Source: Amoebidium appalachense (taxonomy: Eukaryota > Protista > Ichthyosporea). From it: DNA of 64,000 nucleotides. Under the pieces are notes generated by a model, which was given only the letters and a program-made list of their open reading frames with translations, made no database searches and had not been told where the DNA came from. Numbering within the stretch: position 1 is the first letter of the stretch; each line of letters starts with the position of its first letter. Where the stretch lies: positions 18,524,783 through 18,588,782 of the forward strand of contig CAVNZM010000001.1 of NCBI GenBank assembly GCA_963693365.1. The letters run 5' to 3'. The translations under genes and the position numbers were made by a program. This document shows positions 13,488 through 26,400 of the stretch, piece by piece.

Positions 13488-13910
13488 AGGCTGTGTATGC
13501 ATTGGTGGGCGGGAGAAAGAAAAGATAAAAAGAAGCACTGAAAAACACGACATAGCCCGAAGACATCAAAGGCACCGTATACGAAAGACATCGGGCAGAC
13601 ACAAAGAACGGGCACTATGCCACTTCTCTGAACCTCCCCCCCCCCCCCCCCCTCCCCCCGTGGCCCCCCAACCCTCCCCCTTCCACACACACACACGCCG
13701 GGCAGGAGGATAGAATTGCATTCGGGAAGCGAGATAGTAACTGTCCCGCCTACCAAACACCTGCGAGGATCATATACATGCATCACCCACACACCACAAG
13801 CTCAGCACCGAACCATGCTTTTGACATGGGTCCGGTCCATCTCTCATTTCACCTGTGCATCAAAATTGAGGAGGGGGGTTTTATTGAAACACGCCGTAAA
13901 TTCCGGGTGT

Positions 13911-14190
13911 TTAATCGAACAGGCCGAAGCCCATGTCAGCATCCTCCTCGCTCTCCTCCTTCTTGGCCTCCTTCTTCTCCTCCTTGGCTGGGGCAGCTGC
14001 AGCAGCGGCAGCTGGGGCGGCGGCGGCGGGAGCGGCGGCACCGGCAACCACGGTGGGCTGGCTCAGAACGAGCACGGCGGTGGTGGGGGTGACCATGGGG
14101 CACACCACGGAGAAGGCAGAGGTACCGGCCTTCTCGGCAGCCAGCTGTGTACGTGTAAGTGTGTGGAGGTGGAGGTGGAGGTGGAGGTGT

Positions 14191-14243
<53 letters not shown>

Positions 14244-14571
14244 GGTGGGGAAAGTTAGAATGGGTTATGGAGTATGAAGTACATACAACGGACAACACAA
14301 ACCAGGTGTGAAGCACATAAAGAGTATGCATCATAGGCAGAGCCCATCCTCGGGGGGGAGGGGTAAAACCACCCACAAAAATGTGGTGGAAGTCGTGTGT
14401 GTGTGTGTATGCTTTGTGCGTGTCGAATGTGTGTATGCACTTGTTTGCTTGGAGTGCACATACATGCCTTGTGTTATGTGAAAGAGCAAGAGTGAGGGAG
14501 GGGTGGGGAGGAGGAGATCAGATGTATGAATGTGGGACGGAGACACGCCCGTTCCCATGATAAAGGACACG

Positions 14572-14606
<35 letters not shown>

Positions 14607-15935
14607 TGTACGTGTGTGTGCATAGACGAAGTATGGGGAGTGTGTGTGTAAACATCGGTGATGGTGTGTGTGAGTGTGTGCCTATATTTTTCTCTTCTCT
14701 CTCTTCTTTTCTTTCTTTCCACACATGCGATTCATCTTCCACGTTGCATTTATGTCTTGAATCACCACAATCCCAGAAAACAGCCGGACAATCTACACAA
14801 AAACCATCATGCAACAGATTCGTGTAACTGCACCATAAGTCCCACACCCTGTTAACCCCCCCCCCCCCACCCCCCAAGCAGCTCCCCCAAACACACACCA
14901 AGAAGAGCAAGAAAAAATGGAATGAACAACCCCTCAACCCCTACGAAGAAAAAAAACAAAAACAAAAAACACATTCAAACCACAAGGTAACCTGGCAAGG
15001 CACAATGCAGCTCCTAACCCCCCCCCCCCCCCCCAGCATAGTCATACGACCCAGCCAGCAAGCAAGGGCACCACTGCCCGAAACCATGCCATTACTGAGT
15101 GGCATCGAAATGTCAAGGAAAGAAAAGCCCACAACTACCACCGCTCTCTCTCTCTTATCTCCCCCCCACCCCCCTCTCACACACCACCACCATGCGCACA
15201 CCAGGGAGCCCCCCCTCCCCCCCCCCCCCCCCCCCGGGGGGGGGTGGGGGGGGGGGGGGCAGAGAGAGAAAGAGGAACGAAGGTGCTCCAACTATACTCG
15301 ACGAAGTAAATAATACAGCCACTACAGCATCCTAAGTCAGCAACAATCAATATCCCCAACTATTAACTTAACCCCCCGCTTCCCCCGGAGAATGTTTCTC
15401 AACCATACTACTAGCTTGGAAAAAAGGTATACCACAAGCCGCTTGGCTCTCTACCCTTTCCAGCCCAAATCACGTTCCCTTGACCAGTAGCAAGGAAGCC
15501 CAGAGCCGCTACCCGCCCTTCCCCCCCCAGAGCGCCCCTCCCTGCTCTAAACCCACCCACCCCTTCCCTTTAAAAGAACCATGTGCACACGCCCCCATCC
15601 AACCCCATGCTTCCTCTCCTGTAGGCTCAAGATCCATCTCCCGCTCTCGTCCTGCGACTGCTGCCACTGTCTCCAGTGCATCCCTGATCTCAAACTTCAT
15701 ACCCCTTCCCCCACCACCAACCCCATATCCCCCCCCCCACCCTTATCTTCAGTTTTCCTCTTTCCTCTCCCTCCCCTCCTATCCAATATACAGGGGCACA
15801 TACAGCGCGCAGGGCGGACTCCAGAGCACGCTTGGACTCGGCAGTGACGGGCTCAGGGGTCCAGTCTGCCTCGCTCTGGCAGACGCCGGACCAAGAGCTG
15901 CCCTCCTGGGTGAGGATGAACGTGTGGGCCCCCAT
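13911..15935 (-). CDS. RPP3: 60S acidic ribosomal stalk protein, P3-like (121 aa)
   Basis: Exons 15935-15804 and 14144-13911 (GTATGT...ACACAG, phase 0): MGAHTFILTQEGSSWSGVCQSEADWTPEPVTAESKRALESALRALAAEKAGTSAFSVVCPMVTPTTAVLVLSQPTVVAGAAAP...KEESEEDADMGFGLFD*. It has the Ala hinge and DMGFGLFD tail of P-proteins. The N-domain resembles plant P3 (MGVFTF...W; SMV.P.SAV) rather than P1/P2. A probable 5'-UTR intron spans 16478-15940, and the leader near 16500-16525 is pyrimidine-rich (TOP-like). Confidence 0.85.
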
Positions 15936-16499
15936 GTTTCTGCACCCAACACAGCGTCAGCGCGTAGCCGGAGGTTCTGATGTTCAGTGCATCCTCTCTC
16001 TCCCATCGAGAGGATGCACGGTAAGCGGGCCATATATGCACGATCCACTCTAAGTATATGTGTGTGTGATTGATGCTGTACACAACGGGAAAATATGTAT
16101 GTGAGACCAGCCGTCCTGATCACTCCACTCTTTGCTGAAAGGCACAAGGTTTGGATTGCACACAGTCCCGACCATGGGCTCTGTGACGACATGTCACTAA
16201 TCCCTCCATCTGGACACCGATAAGTGTTTCTAAATTGTCACGACATATCTAGGCCGAGATCGTCGTTCACTTCATATGCATACTGTGCGGACTACATGGT
16301 CATGGAGCCCCGAGCACGGCATGTCATGAAACCATCTTGAAGGGCCCAACCCCCGTATCATATGTTTCCTGCTCATCCCCGGCCGAAAGACGTCCTATAT
16401 GTCCTAAAACCAGTCATATGTTATATCACCCTACACTAAATAAGGCCTGTCTTTACTCTGTTCAGCACTCCGTGGTACCTTGTTACAGCTTAGCGCTTC

Positions 16500-16800
16500 A
16501 AAAAAGTGCGTGCTGAAAGAGAGCCAGCGTTCGCCAGCGCAATTCCACATGTATGATTCAGTTTTCCAAGTCCATCTGTCGCAGTCTGTCGCAGTTCACT
16601 CCTGTGGTGTCGCATTGTTGCCGCCCTCGAGATCACGTGACGCAATCTTCTCCAGATCTTTTGCGTAAATGTTTCTAGACATTTGATTGGTTGTCATTCA
16701 TGGTGCGATTCTAGCCAATCAGCGTCAGCGCCAATTTACGCTACTTCGCAATAGATCTGCCTCGCCGTTGAGTCGTCGGCTCGCCTCGAAAAAGAAAAGA
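16500..16800. promoter_or_regulatory. Probable bidirectional promoter between the P3-like and ankyrin genes
   Basis: Repeat-free interval between two divergent genes, containing TCACGTGA E-box (16633-16640), ATTGG (16686) and CCAAT (16715, 16731) boxes. Confidence 0.5.
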
Positions 16801-17173
16801 AAACAGAGAAATTAGGAAGCTACGAAAAGTAGGGAGAACTCATTTTTTTTTTTAGAGGACGCGCTGTTTTTTCCCTTTTTTCTTTGGTAGAAGTTTTAGA
16901 GGCTACCTCTAAGAATTTTCAGTTAGTTCTTTTTTTTTTTTTGGCCTACCGTCAGCTTCGGTTGCGAGGTGCATCTCACGGTACATCTATTGGCAGACGA
17001 TAAGGTTCATTGAAAGTCTGATATACGCTGGTAGAGTCTTCTCATACGCAGAGAAGTTAACTTAATTCTTTCCAGTCTGCCCCTACTTTACCTTCTTTTT
17101 TTTCTTTACTTGGTCAAGCAGCACCACTCGAGAACTCATTTTGGAGGTACGGAACGAGATCTGCTGCTCCATA

Positions 17174-19497
17174 ATGGCTTCGTTGGCAGAAAACTTCGCT
17201 TGGCTGGTAGAAAGAATAAACCGGAGAGAAGGCACATATGAAGATTGGCAGCTATGGTATGCACCACGCAAGCCCCGTCTCTGGGTCTTTTTAATCATCC
17301 TTTCGCGGGAATGGTTAGGGGGAGAAGGACTCTGTTGATCTGGCCTGTGAAGGCTTTGGTTCATTTTTTTTTGGTTTTTGTGTGTGTGTGTGTGTGCGTG
17401 TGTGGGAGAGGGGGGGAGGGAGGGGAGGGAGGGGGGGGGGGGGGGTGCACATAAATTTGCGAAAATCGAACTTTGAAGCTATCATGCTATCTGCTTCATC
17501 TTGAGCTGTTCGAACATGCAAACCCACGAGTTTATTTGGTTGCTTCAAGATCTGGTTGAGTGTGGTTTTTGGTGAGAGGATATTATCTAGGAGGGCAGTT
17601 AATATAGTGCTATTTTATTTGGTCCTTACTTGTCTATTTTGGTTGGCAACACCTGCTTATATGGCACCAAGGACTGTTGTACACATAAGAATGTGAAACT
17701 GCCCCTGACTGTGCTGCTATGCAGGTTAAGGCAGCGAAGAAGTGCAATCTACACCACCGATATGGTAAAGCCATACCTCCTCCCCTCTTCAATTCCCTCT
17801 CCCATCCCCCGGTCCCCCCCTCCCCCCAAACCCCCCCTTTCCGTCCCCACAAAAAACAAACAAAAAAACCATCCCGCACCCCAGTCTCCAGCCGCATCCC
17901 CTCCTTCGAAAAACGGCTCATCTTTCTTTTCTGTAGTATATATATTTTGAGAGCAGGCGGTCATGTCAACATTATTCTCTTTTGCCGGGAATAATCAAGT
18001 TAACTCTGCTACCCACCCAGGACGATGATACTCTTGTGCACTATGCGGCCACGGTTAATCACACACGGTGCCTCTTGGCCCTGGCCCACGGTACGTTGCC
18101 TCTCCTGCTCGCACATGTACTTGCAACATGTGCTATTTTGTCACGCGTACTCCTTTGTGTGCAAAGCAAATGACCCCAAGGAATCTGGCAAGGTTTGATT
18201 CTCATCTGGCTAGAGGATCTGGTAGTGCATCCAAGTAGGGAGTGGGGGTGTGCTTGTGTGGTGAGAAGGGGGATGAAAGGAAGGGAGGGGGAGAGGGTGG
18301 GAGGGTGGGGGAGGGGGGGGGGGGGGTGGGGAGGGAAGGGGGGGGATCTGGAGCTAGATGCAACTCCCATTAAAAAGCACCTGAAAACAATCTTGCAAGT
18401 CTAGAAGCAGGGAAAGCACCCGATTTATTCCATATATGAACTTGCCAGAGGTTTGCTCCCTGCTTGCTCTGTGTGCAACCCTTTCGATCTTTGCACTGTT
18501 CTTTACTATGGAGAGATCTCTTGTTGTTTACCCTTTCCCGTCTATGCGTTGCAGTATGATGAGGGTTTACAGGGTTGTGAAAAACGGTGTGATACAAGCG
18601 AGACACCTGCGCGAGGCCTTCAATACAGTTGGTAAAATGCTAATAAACGCCAAAAACGATAAACGCTAAAATAACACCGAAGTTTCTGTGAGCTAACCTT
18701 AAAAAAAACTGTGCGGTGTGTTTTCTCTGCAGCTGGCGCACGGATGGATGAGTCAGGTTGCGGTGCACGAACACCTCTCCATGCTGCAGCATATGAAGGT
18801 ACGCGCGCGCGTGCGCGCGCGCGCGTGTGTGTGTGTGTGTGTGTGTGTGCGTGTGTGTGTGCGTATGTGTGTGTGTGCGCGCATGTGTGTGTGCGTGGGA
18901 GGGGCGGGGGAGGGAGGGGGGGGGGGGGGGGGGAGGGAGGAAAAATGGGAGGAGCAGAGTTGGCGATGGAAGGGTATAGAGGATATGGCAAGAGGAGGAG
19001 GGGGGGGGGGGGGGGGGGGTAAGGGTCGATATGAAGATTTCCTGTGCGTAGGTTTTGGGGTGCAAAGGGGAACAAGAATCGGTGACAAATAAGACTGCGC
19101 CCTAAACAAACATGCAACCTGTTTGCTCAACGGCTACATCGGCATTTCTCGATTACACACCTTGAACGGCAAAAAAAAGAAAACGTCTTATGAAAGAAGG
19201 ACATTGCTCTATATGGTGCTCACCATATTCCGGAACAAATATGAGCGCCGCATCCATATGCCGTATATTGATGCCTTTCTTGTCCTCGGGACTGCACAAC
19301 TCCCCCCCCCACCCCACCCCCCCTTTTTTTTTGTTTGCACATTATATCCAGTTACCAAATATGGCTAATCGGCTCGTTTCTTGCACGTGCAGGGCATGTG
19401 GAGGCTGCCCTATTGCTGATGGAGTGGAAGGCGGAGACAGACGCCACGGATGCACTGGAGGAGACGTAAGTGCCACTGTGCATGTGTGTGTAGGTGT

Positions 19498-19567
<70 letters not shown>

Positions 19568-20045
19568 GGGACGGGTGGTGGTGTTGGGGTGGGTTTCCGG
19601 GGGAGAGGGGGGGAATGAATGTGTGTCTGGATGTGTGTTGTGTGTGTGTGTGTGTGTGTGTATGTGTGCGCGGGGATGGAGTGTGGGGGAGTCGGCGGGC
19701 GGGCGGGTAGGTTGTTGGGTGGGGGCGGGTGGATGAATGTGGCTGAGTCGGTTGTTATGGGCAGGTGGGTGGGGGTAGGTGAAAGGGATGGTGCGTGTGT
19801 GTGTGTGTGCATGTGTGTCGGTAGTATTGTCGGTGTGTGCCGGTGGGCGGGTAAATGTGTTTGTGTTGTTGTGCTGGTGTGTATCTGTTTGTCGGTGTGT
19901 ACGAGCATCCGTGCCCGCGTAATGGTGTGTGTGCTCTTCATGCGTTCGAGTATGTGTATGTTGTAATCGTGCTTCTCTCGTGAACTATATCTCTGTATGT
20001 ACAGTCTGTCTAAATACGGACTTTCGGGAGTAGGTTGAACAGGTT

Positions 20046-20089
<44 letters not shown>

Positions 20090-21429
20090 GTGTGTGTTTT
20101 GATTTGTATGTGTGTGTGTGGGGGGGGGAAGGGGGGGAGGGGGGGGGGAAGGGAAAGAAGAAAGAGGGGGCGGGGGGTGGGGGTGGGGGGAGGAGGGGGG
20201 GTCGAAGGGTGTGTGTTTTGAATTTTGTGTGTGTGTGCGGGCGGGGGGGGGGGGGGGGGGGGGGGGGGGGAGGGGGGGGGGAGATGGCTGTAAACCAAAC
20301 CATTAGTTCTTACTTTGCACGTTTTCTTCGACATTTCCCCACATTCCCCTCTTCATTCATTCTGAGGGGGAATGACCACACATTGTCTTATTTTGCACGA
20401 TTTACACCACATTTGCACACTCCCCCGTTCATCTTTTCCTATTTTTCACGTCCAACCACACACAGACCACTGCACAAGGCCGCCACAGCAGGGCACACGG
20501 AGGTAGCCTGTGCTCTGCTTGACCGCTACTACGACAGCATGGGGGAGGTTGCCGCCCTGCTGCATGCACGTAACGTGCTGGGGTCAACGCCATTGCACAA
20601 TGCATGCCACGCATGGTATACACTAGCTTATAACGTGCTGGGGTCAACGCCATTGCACAATGCATGCCACGCATGGTATACACTAGCTTATAACGTGCTG
20701 GGGTCAACGCCATTGCACAATGCATGCCACGCATGGTATACACTAGCTTATAACGTGCTGGGGTCAACACCATGCATGCCGCGCATGGTATACACTTGCT
20801 TATAACCTGCTGGGGTCAACACCATTGCACAATGCATGCCACGCATGGTATACACTAGCTTATAACCTGCTGGGGTCAACACCATTGCACAATGCATGCC
20901 ACGCATGGTATACACATAGCTTATAACGTGCTGGGGTCAACACCATGCATGCCACGCATGGTATACACTAGCTTATAACCTGCTGGGGTCAACACCATTG
21001 CACAATGCATGCCACGCATGGTATACACTAGCTTATAACCTGCTGGGGTCAACACCATTGCACAATGCATGCCACGCATGGTATACACTAGCTTATAACG
21101 TGCTGGGGTCAACACCATTGCACAATGCATGCCACGCATGGTATACACTAGCTTATAACGTGCTGGGGTCAACACCATTGCACAATGCATGCCACGCATG
21201 GTATACACTAGCTTATAACGTGCTGGGGTCAACACCATTGCACAATGCATGCCACGCATGGTATACACTAGCTTATCCCCCCCCCCCCCCCCCCCCTCTC
21301 CCCCCCCCCCCCCCCATTTTCACACCCCTTCCTCAAACCCACCAGCCTCTCAAGCCTTTCCTCAAGCCCCCCCCCCCCCCCCCCCCCCCACACCTCTCAA
21401 GCCTGCTTTGTTCTATTATACCCCCTTCC

Positions 21430-21478
<49 letters not shown>

Positions 21479-21930
21479 ACACCACCACCACCACCACCAA
21501 AAAAGAAAAAGTAATACAAAATGAAAATAAAAATAAAATGAAAAATAAAAAATGCAAACATACATGTAGACACTTCCGAATCCAAGCACACTCTGGCACA
21601 CACGAGGACCCACCCAAGTCAAGCATCACCAAAACACAGACACATGCACACATGCCTCCCCCCCCCCCCCCCCCCTTTTCCCCCCTTTTCTCCTCTCTTT
21701 ATTTCCTTCCCCCTCCCTCCCTTCCACTCACTCTTCCTTCCTCTCCCTCTCTCCTTCCCCTCCCCTCTCTCTCCCCATCTCTCTCCTTCTCTCCTATTGC
21801 TCTCCTCATTTCAAGCGCACAATAACCCACAGATCCTTGCTTTCTTGCATGCTGGTTGCAAACTTGTACTTCGTATTGTATACAGCATTAAACTTCCCCC
21901 TCTCCCCGTCCTCTCCCCCACCACCCACGT

Positions 21931-21992
<62 letters not shown>

Positions 21993-22014
21993 CCCCCCTT
22001 TTCCCCGTCCCCAC

Positions 22015-22093
<79 letters not shown>

Positions 22094-22388
22094 CCACACG
22101 CACACACACACACTACTCCCCTGCCCCCCCCTCCCCCCTCCTCTGCCCCCCCTCCCCCCTCCCCCCCCCCTCCCCACACACACACACGTACACAGCCACT
22201 TCGAGATGATCCAGCTTCTCCTATCACGTGGTGCAGACCCTCAGAGCAGGGACGATTTTGGCTACACCCCGTGTGACTGTGTGGTGCAACAGGGGCACTT
22301 ATTTGCTCCGGAGAGGGTTATGAGTGTGGTTTTGGCTTTCCGAACACACCAACCCCACCTCATCCTCCCTGCATCCCTGAGAATGTGA
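17174..22388 (+). CDS. Ankyrin-repeat protein (224 aa, 7 exons)
   Basis: Exons 17174-17256, 17725-17764, 18021-18090, 18733-18798, 19393-19465, 20466-20615, 22196-22388 join in frame (675 nt). ANK motifs: [76 protein letters not shown]. Confidence 0.88.
20571..21275 (+). repeat. 12-unit 60-nt tandem repeat spanning the ankyrin exon-6/intron-6 junction
   Basis: Unit TAACGTGCTGGGGTCAACGCCATTGCACAATGCATGCCACGCATG|GTATACACTAGCTTA. Units 4 and 7 are 52 nt and unit 6 is 61 nt. Confidence 0.95.
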
Positions 22389-22937
22389 GCGAAGTGAGCG
22401 AGAGAATGTGTACGATTGTGATCAGTACGCCGCCCATTGGAGCGAAATTTAAATATAAACCAGCGACCGGTTTACCTTCGTTACTAGCGAGTGTTAGTTA
22501 CAAGGTTCGCAAGGTTCGAAGTTGAGTGACTGCCTATCTGTGTAGCGGTTTCGGTAGATCGACGCTATTTGATTTCAAGTGTGGGTGTGCGAAATCTGGT
22601 TACCTTTTGGTTGCTAGCTAGGGTATTGTATGGTCCTACTTGAAAGTGCAGGCTGTCTAGATATATATATGCCTGGGTTGGGTCTTGGTAGATACACGAA
22701 ATATGTCTAGATGACCAAAACTGAAAGTTGGTAGGATGATTGGTGAGGTACAGTGTTCGTTTTTGTGTGTGTGATTTTAAGCATATATGCGAATGATAAC
22801 AGCAGAAACTTGGTTATTTACTTGGTGATTGTGTTGCAACAAATACACACGTATTATTATTTTTAATCTAAGGTAGCTGTTACATGTATTGTATTATTGG
22901 GCACGGTAGACGCAACATGCAAGTGTTTTTCTGAATG

Positions 22938-23026
22938 AAATCTGACTGAAGCTAAAACATAAAAATGAAATCTGACTGAAGTTCAAACATAAAACTAAAA
23001 TCTGATTATAGTTTAAACATAAAATT
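22938..23026 (+). repeat. 30-bp AT-rich tandem repeat (3 copies)
   Basis: AAATCTGACTGAAGCTAAAACATAAAAATG-like unit repeated three times. Confidence 0.7.
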
Positions 23027-23140
23027 ATGGAAGAACCTAGCAGGTCCCCCCGTAGGACTCTGAGGCTGACACCCAATGATCATGCAGACATCACCTGCAA
23101 TCGGGTCCGCGAAGACATCGTGTCCATCCTCCTCCTCTCC

Positions 23141-23175
<35 letters not shown>

Positions 23176-23402
23176 CCCCCCCCCCCCCCCCCCCCACGGG
23201 TGACCCACCCATGTTCAAGTGAAACAGTATCTGAGTTGGGTTTCGTTAACGAGGTGAATAGGTCGAAACTCGGGTGCTGCGGATGACGTGGGCCCCCCCT
23301 GAGGATGGGCTCTGCTTATTATGCATACTCTTTGTGTATGGCTTGCATTCTGCATCGTGTTATCCGTTTGTTCTTGTGTACTTCGTACTTTTTGACGCAT
23401 TC

Positions 23403-23434
<32 letters not shown>

Positions 23435-24176
23435 AAACAAAAACAAAAAAAACATGTACACGCACACACGCGCGCGCACGCACACACACACACACACACT
23501 GGCACATGTACACACCTCACCCCACCTCCCGGGACCCCCTCTTCACCAGTAACCGCAAGGAGAGTTCGACTTCAGAATCTTTCCCTCATTTTCGTCATTA
23601 GTAGAGCAAAAAGTGTCCACCCCCCCCCCCCCCCCCCCTCCCCCCCTCCCCACGCGCAAAGGACCCGTCACCAGCACCACCACAGCCACATGCATGTCGG
23701 GCAATGTACCATGCTAAATTTTTTGGTGTGGTTATAATTATCATCCATAAATGATTATTCTAATATATCGACACTTGCAAGAGTGGTACTGTAGGTCAGG
23801 CTGCAGATCTCGATCGGCTAATACACATTAGCAGGCACACACATGCATACCATTGACACTGATTTACCATTTTCGTCTTTGTTCAACCGTACGTGTAGTC
23901 TTCCTGCTATGTTATTCAACAGCGCTTTACAAAATACGCTGCAAATACACGCATTTAGATTATGAATACGCTTTTAGAGAATACTATGTGTACATCCCGG
24001 GCTAGGCACTAATTAACGCGATTGGCCCATGTCGGCCAATTATATCAAAAAAATAAAAATAAAATTTTAAACACATTGTCAAGGCAGGCCCCGACCGATC
24101 AACGGTAGGAGCAGGGCACACAAAAGGATTCGGCGGGTGGGGGAGAAAGATTTTGCAGGCTGGGATGCGTATCTTG

Positions 24177-24234
<58 letters not shown>

Positions 24235-25230
24235 AATAAGTATGTGGGCAGTGGGAGAGAGGCCAAGTGAATGAGGTAGGAGGAAAAAAACGCACGTTCT
24301 AATTAATTGCGAAGTTACTGAAACTTCTGCCTTACCTTTAAAAAGGGGAGAAAGTAGCACTAAACTTTCCGTTCCAATCAAGTAAAAACAGTCCTTTGAA
24401 CAATACCAAAGGGGATAGCGCCAGCGAAGACTGTCTAAACGGAAAAGGAAAAAACCTCCGAAAAAAAAAAGAACGAAAAAAGGAAAACCCCCGTAAAAAT
24501 CGAATCGTACACCGCAACCATTCATCTCCTGCACACAGCAAAACCACTGCCAAAATACCAACCACAACCACACGAAAAACCGCAACACACTACCTTCCCG
24601 GGTACAACAAAGTAACAACATTCCTCCACTCACCGACCATGTGATCGATCCCATCCATTCAAATTACACCATCGGTCCGATTACGCATTCCTCACTGTGC
24701 GCCGACAGAGCTGGATGAGCTACTGACCCTCCTCATTGGATAAGCAGCCGGCTGTGGGGCCTTGATATCGTCTGGCATTGAAATTACACTGGTGCCCGGT
24801 GGGTGCCCATTAAATCTCCTATGGATGGCCCACACACAAGAACGTTAGATAAGAGGAAAGAATAAAGATACGAGAGCATGCACAAGAAAGGATATCTATT
24901 TCTCTTTCTCTTTTCGATTCTCTCACAAACAAACACAACTTTGCGTACCTTCCACATGGCAGACCTAAGAGGTTGTTTTTCTTTTCCCCTTGTCGTCATG
25001 GGTCTCTCTCGTTAAGGCCAAAAGGCCGTCCCCCCCCCCCCCCCCCCCCCCCCCCTCCCCCCCTCCTTCCCCCCCTTGTCCATGCTTAACCCCTTACAAG
25101 AAGGACAGTAGATTAAAAAAAGACCCCACTGGATTCCAAGTGTCAAAGGGGTATGATTCCATGTGCATATCATCTCACTCTGACACCACACACTCAGAAA
25201 TATCCCAATATACACTTTTTTTTATTTTTT

Positions 25231-25261
<31 letters not shown>

Positions 25262-25738
25262 GGGGGGTAAACGTACGCTCTCTGAACACACCAGAGTCGA
25301 CAGAGGCCATCTCTACATTAGTGGGTGCCACCTGTATGGGTTGCATAGGTTACATATGAGTTTTACTTTTTTTATGGTAGATAACTCAGTGAATTGAGCA
25401 TAGGGGGATATAAATTGGATGTGCCGAGACACGTTCAACTAACGTGTGCAAGTCGCATATGGATTGTGTATAGGTCTCATGCAGGCTGTTTAAATATAGT
25501 AAATGGATTAGTATATGTCGTTGTCATAACGATATCGTGCTGCATTTGGGTTGTGTATGCGCACGCATTACCATATGATGGTTTTATGTGCGATTGTTAC
25601 ACTCACACACAACACGCATGGTGTACATCTCGAGCACATGTTCAAACCATACATCAGGTTTTCCCAGCACGTAAATCGCTTATTGGACGCCTGGGGCAGG
25701 GACTTAGCGCTGGTCCACTAGGGTGTGTCAATTGCACT

Positions 25739-26321
25739 CTAAACCTTCAGTAGCTAGGGAGGTGTGGTGACGGCCTCCCCAGGCCTCACCTCCTTTTGAT
25801 GTAACTACTGATACGGCAGAGCACCTATTAGCTTAGCTGGGATATATTTGCCACTACAAAACACATTCGAGTTAACTGCACAAGTACACCTACACCAACA
25901 AACACCACAACACTCACCACTACATACACAACTTGCTTTATTAATCGAGTCCATAACTACAAATAAAAACAGTGAACACATGTGCCTTTGTACGCTTTTA
26001 CATGTGCATGTGAGCAGCTGGCATGTGTTGCAGCTGTTGTGTGAGCGGGGGTAAACTTAAAATTACTTCTAACTCTTTTCCAGAGCAAAAAGAGACTCGC
26101 CCGGACGGGGAGCAATTTTGTTTTTCTTTCCAAGGGGAGGAAGGAGAGGGGGTGAGGGGGGGGGGGGGGGGGGGGGGGGGAGGGGGGGGGGGGGGGGGGG
26201 GGAAAGATATACAGAGTGTTACGGAGTAAGAAGTACACAAGCATGATGGCCAAGAAATGAATGCGGAATGCATATTTTTTTTTTTTTGATTTTTTTTTTT
26301 TGATCGTTGGTTGGTTTGTGT

Positions 26322-26400
<79 letters not shown>

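Noticed and set aside
18436-18669. Possible extra ankyrin-gene exon in intron 3
   Set aside because: Candidate acceptors give stops in the required phase; exons 3 and 4 already join into a proper ANK repeat.
20571-21275. 60-nt array as CRISPR or as a 12-repeat ankyrin domain
   Set aside because: No spacers. Units are 20 aa (ANK is 33 aa), include intron sequence, and a stop follows unit 4.
23056-23222. Short coding-looking stretch (LRLTPNDHADITCNRVREDIVSILL)
   Set aside because: Interrupted by a C homopolymer, with no partner exons or recognisable family.
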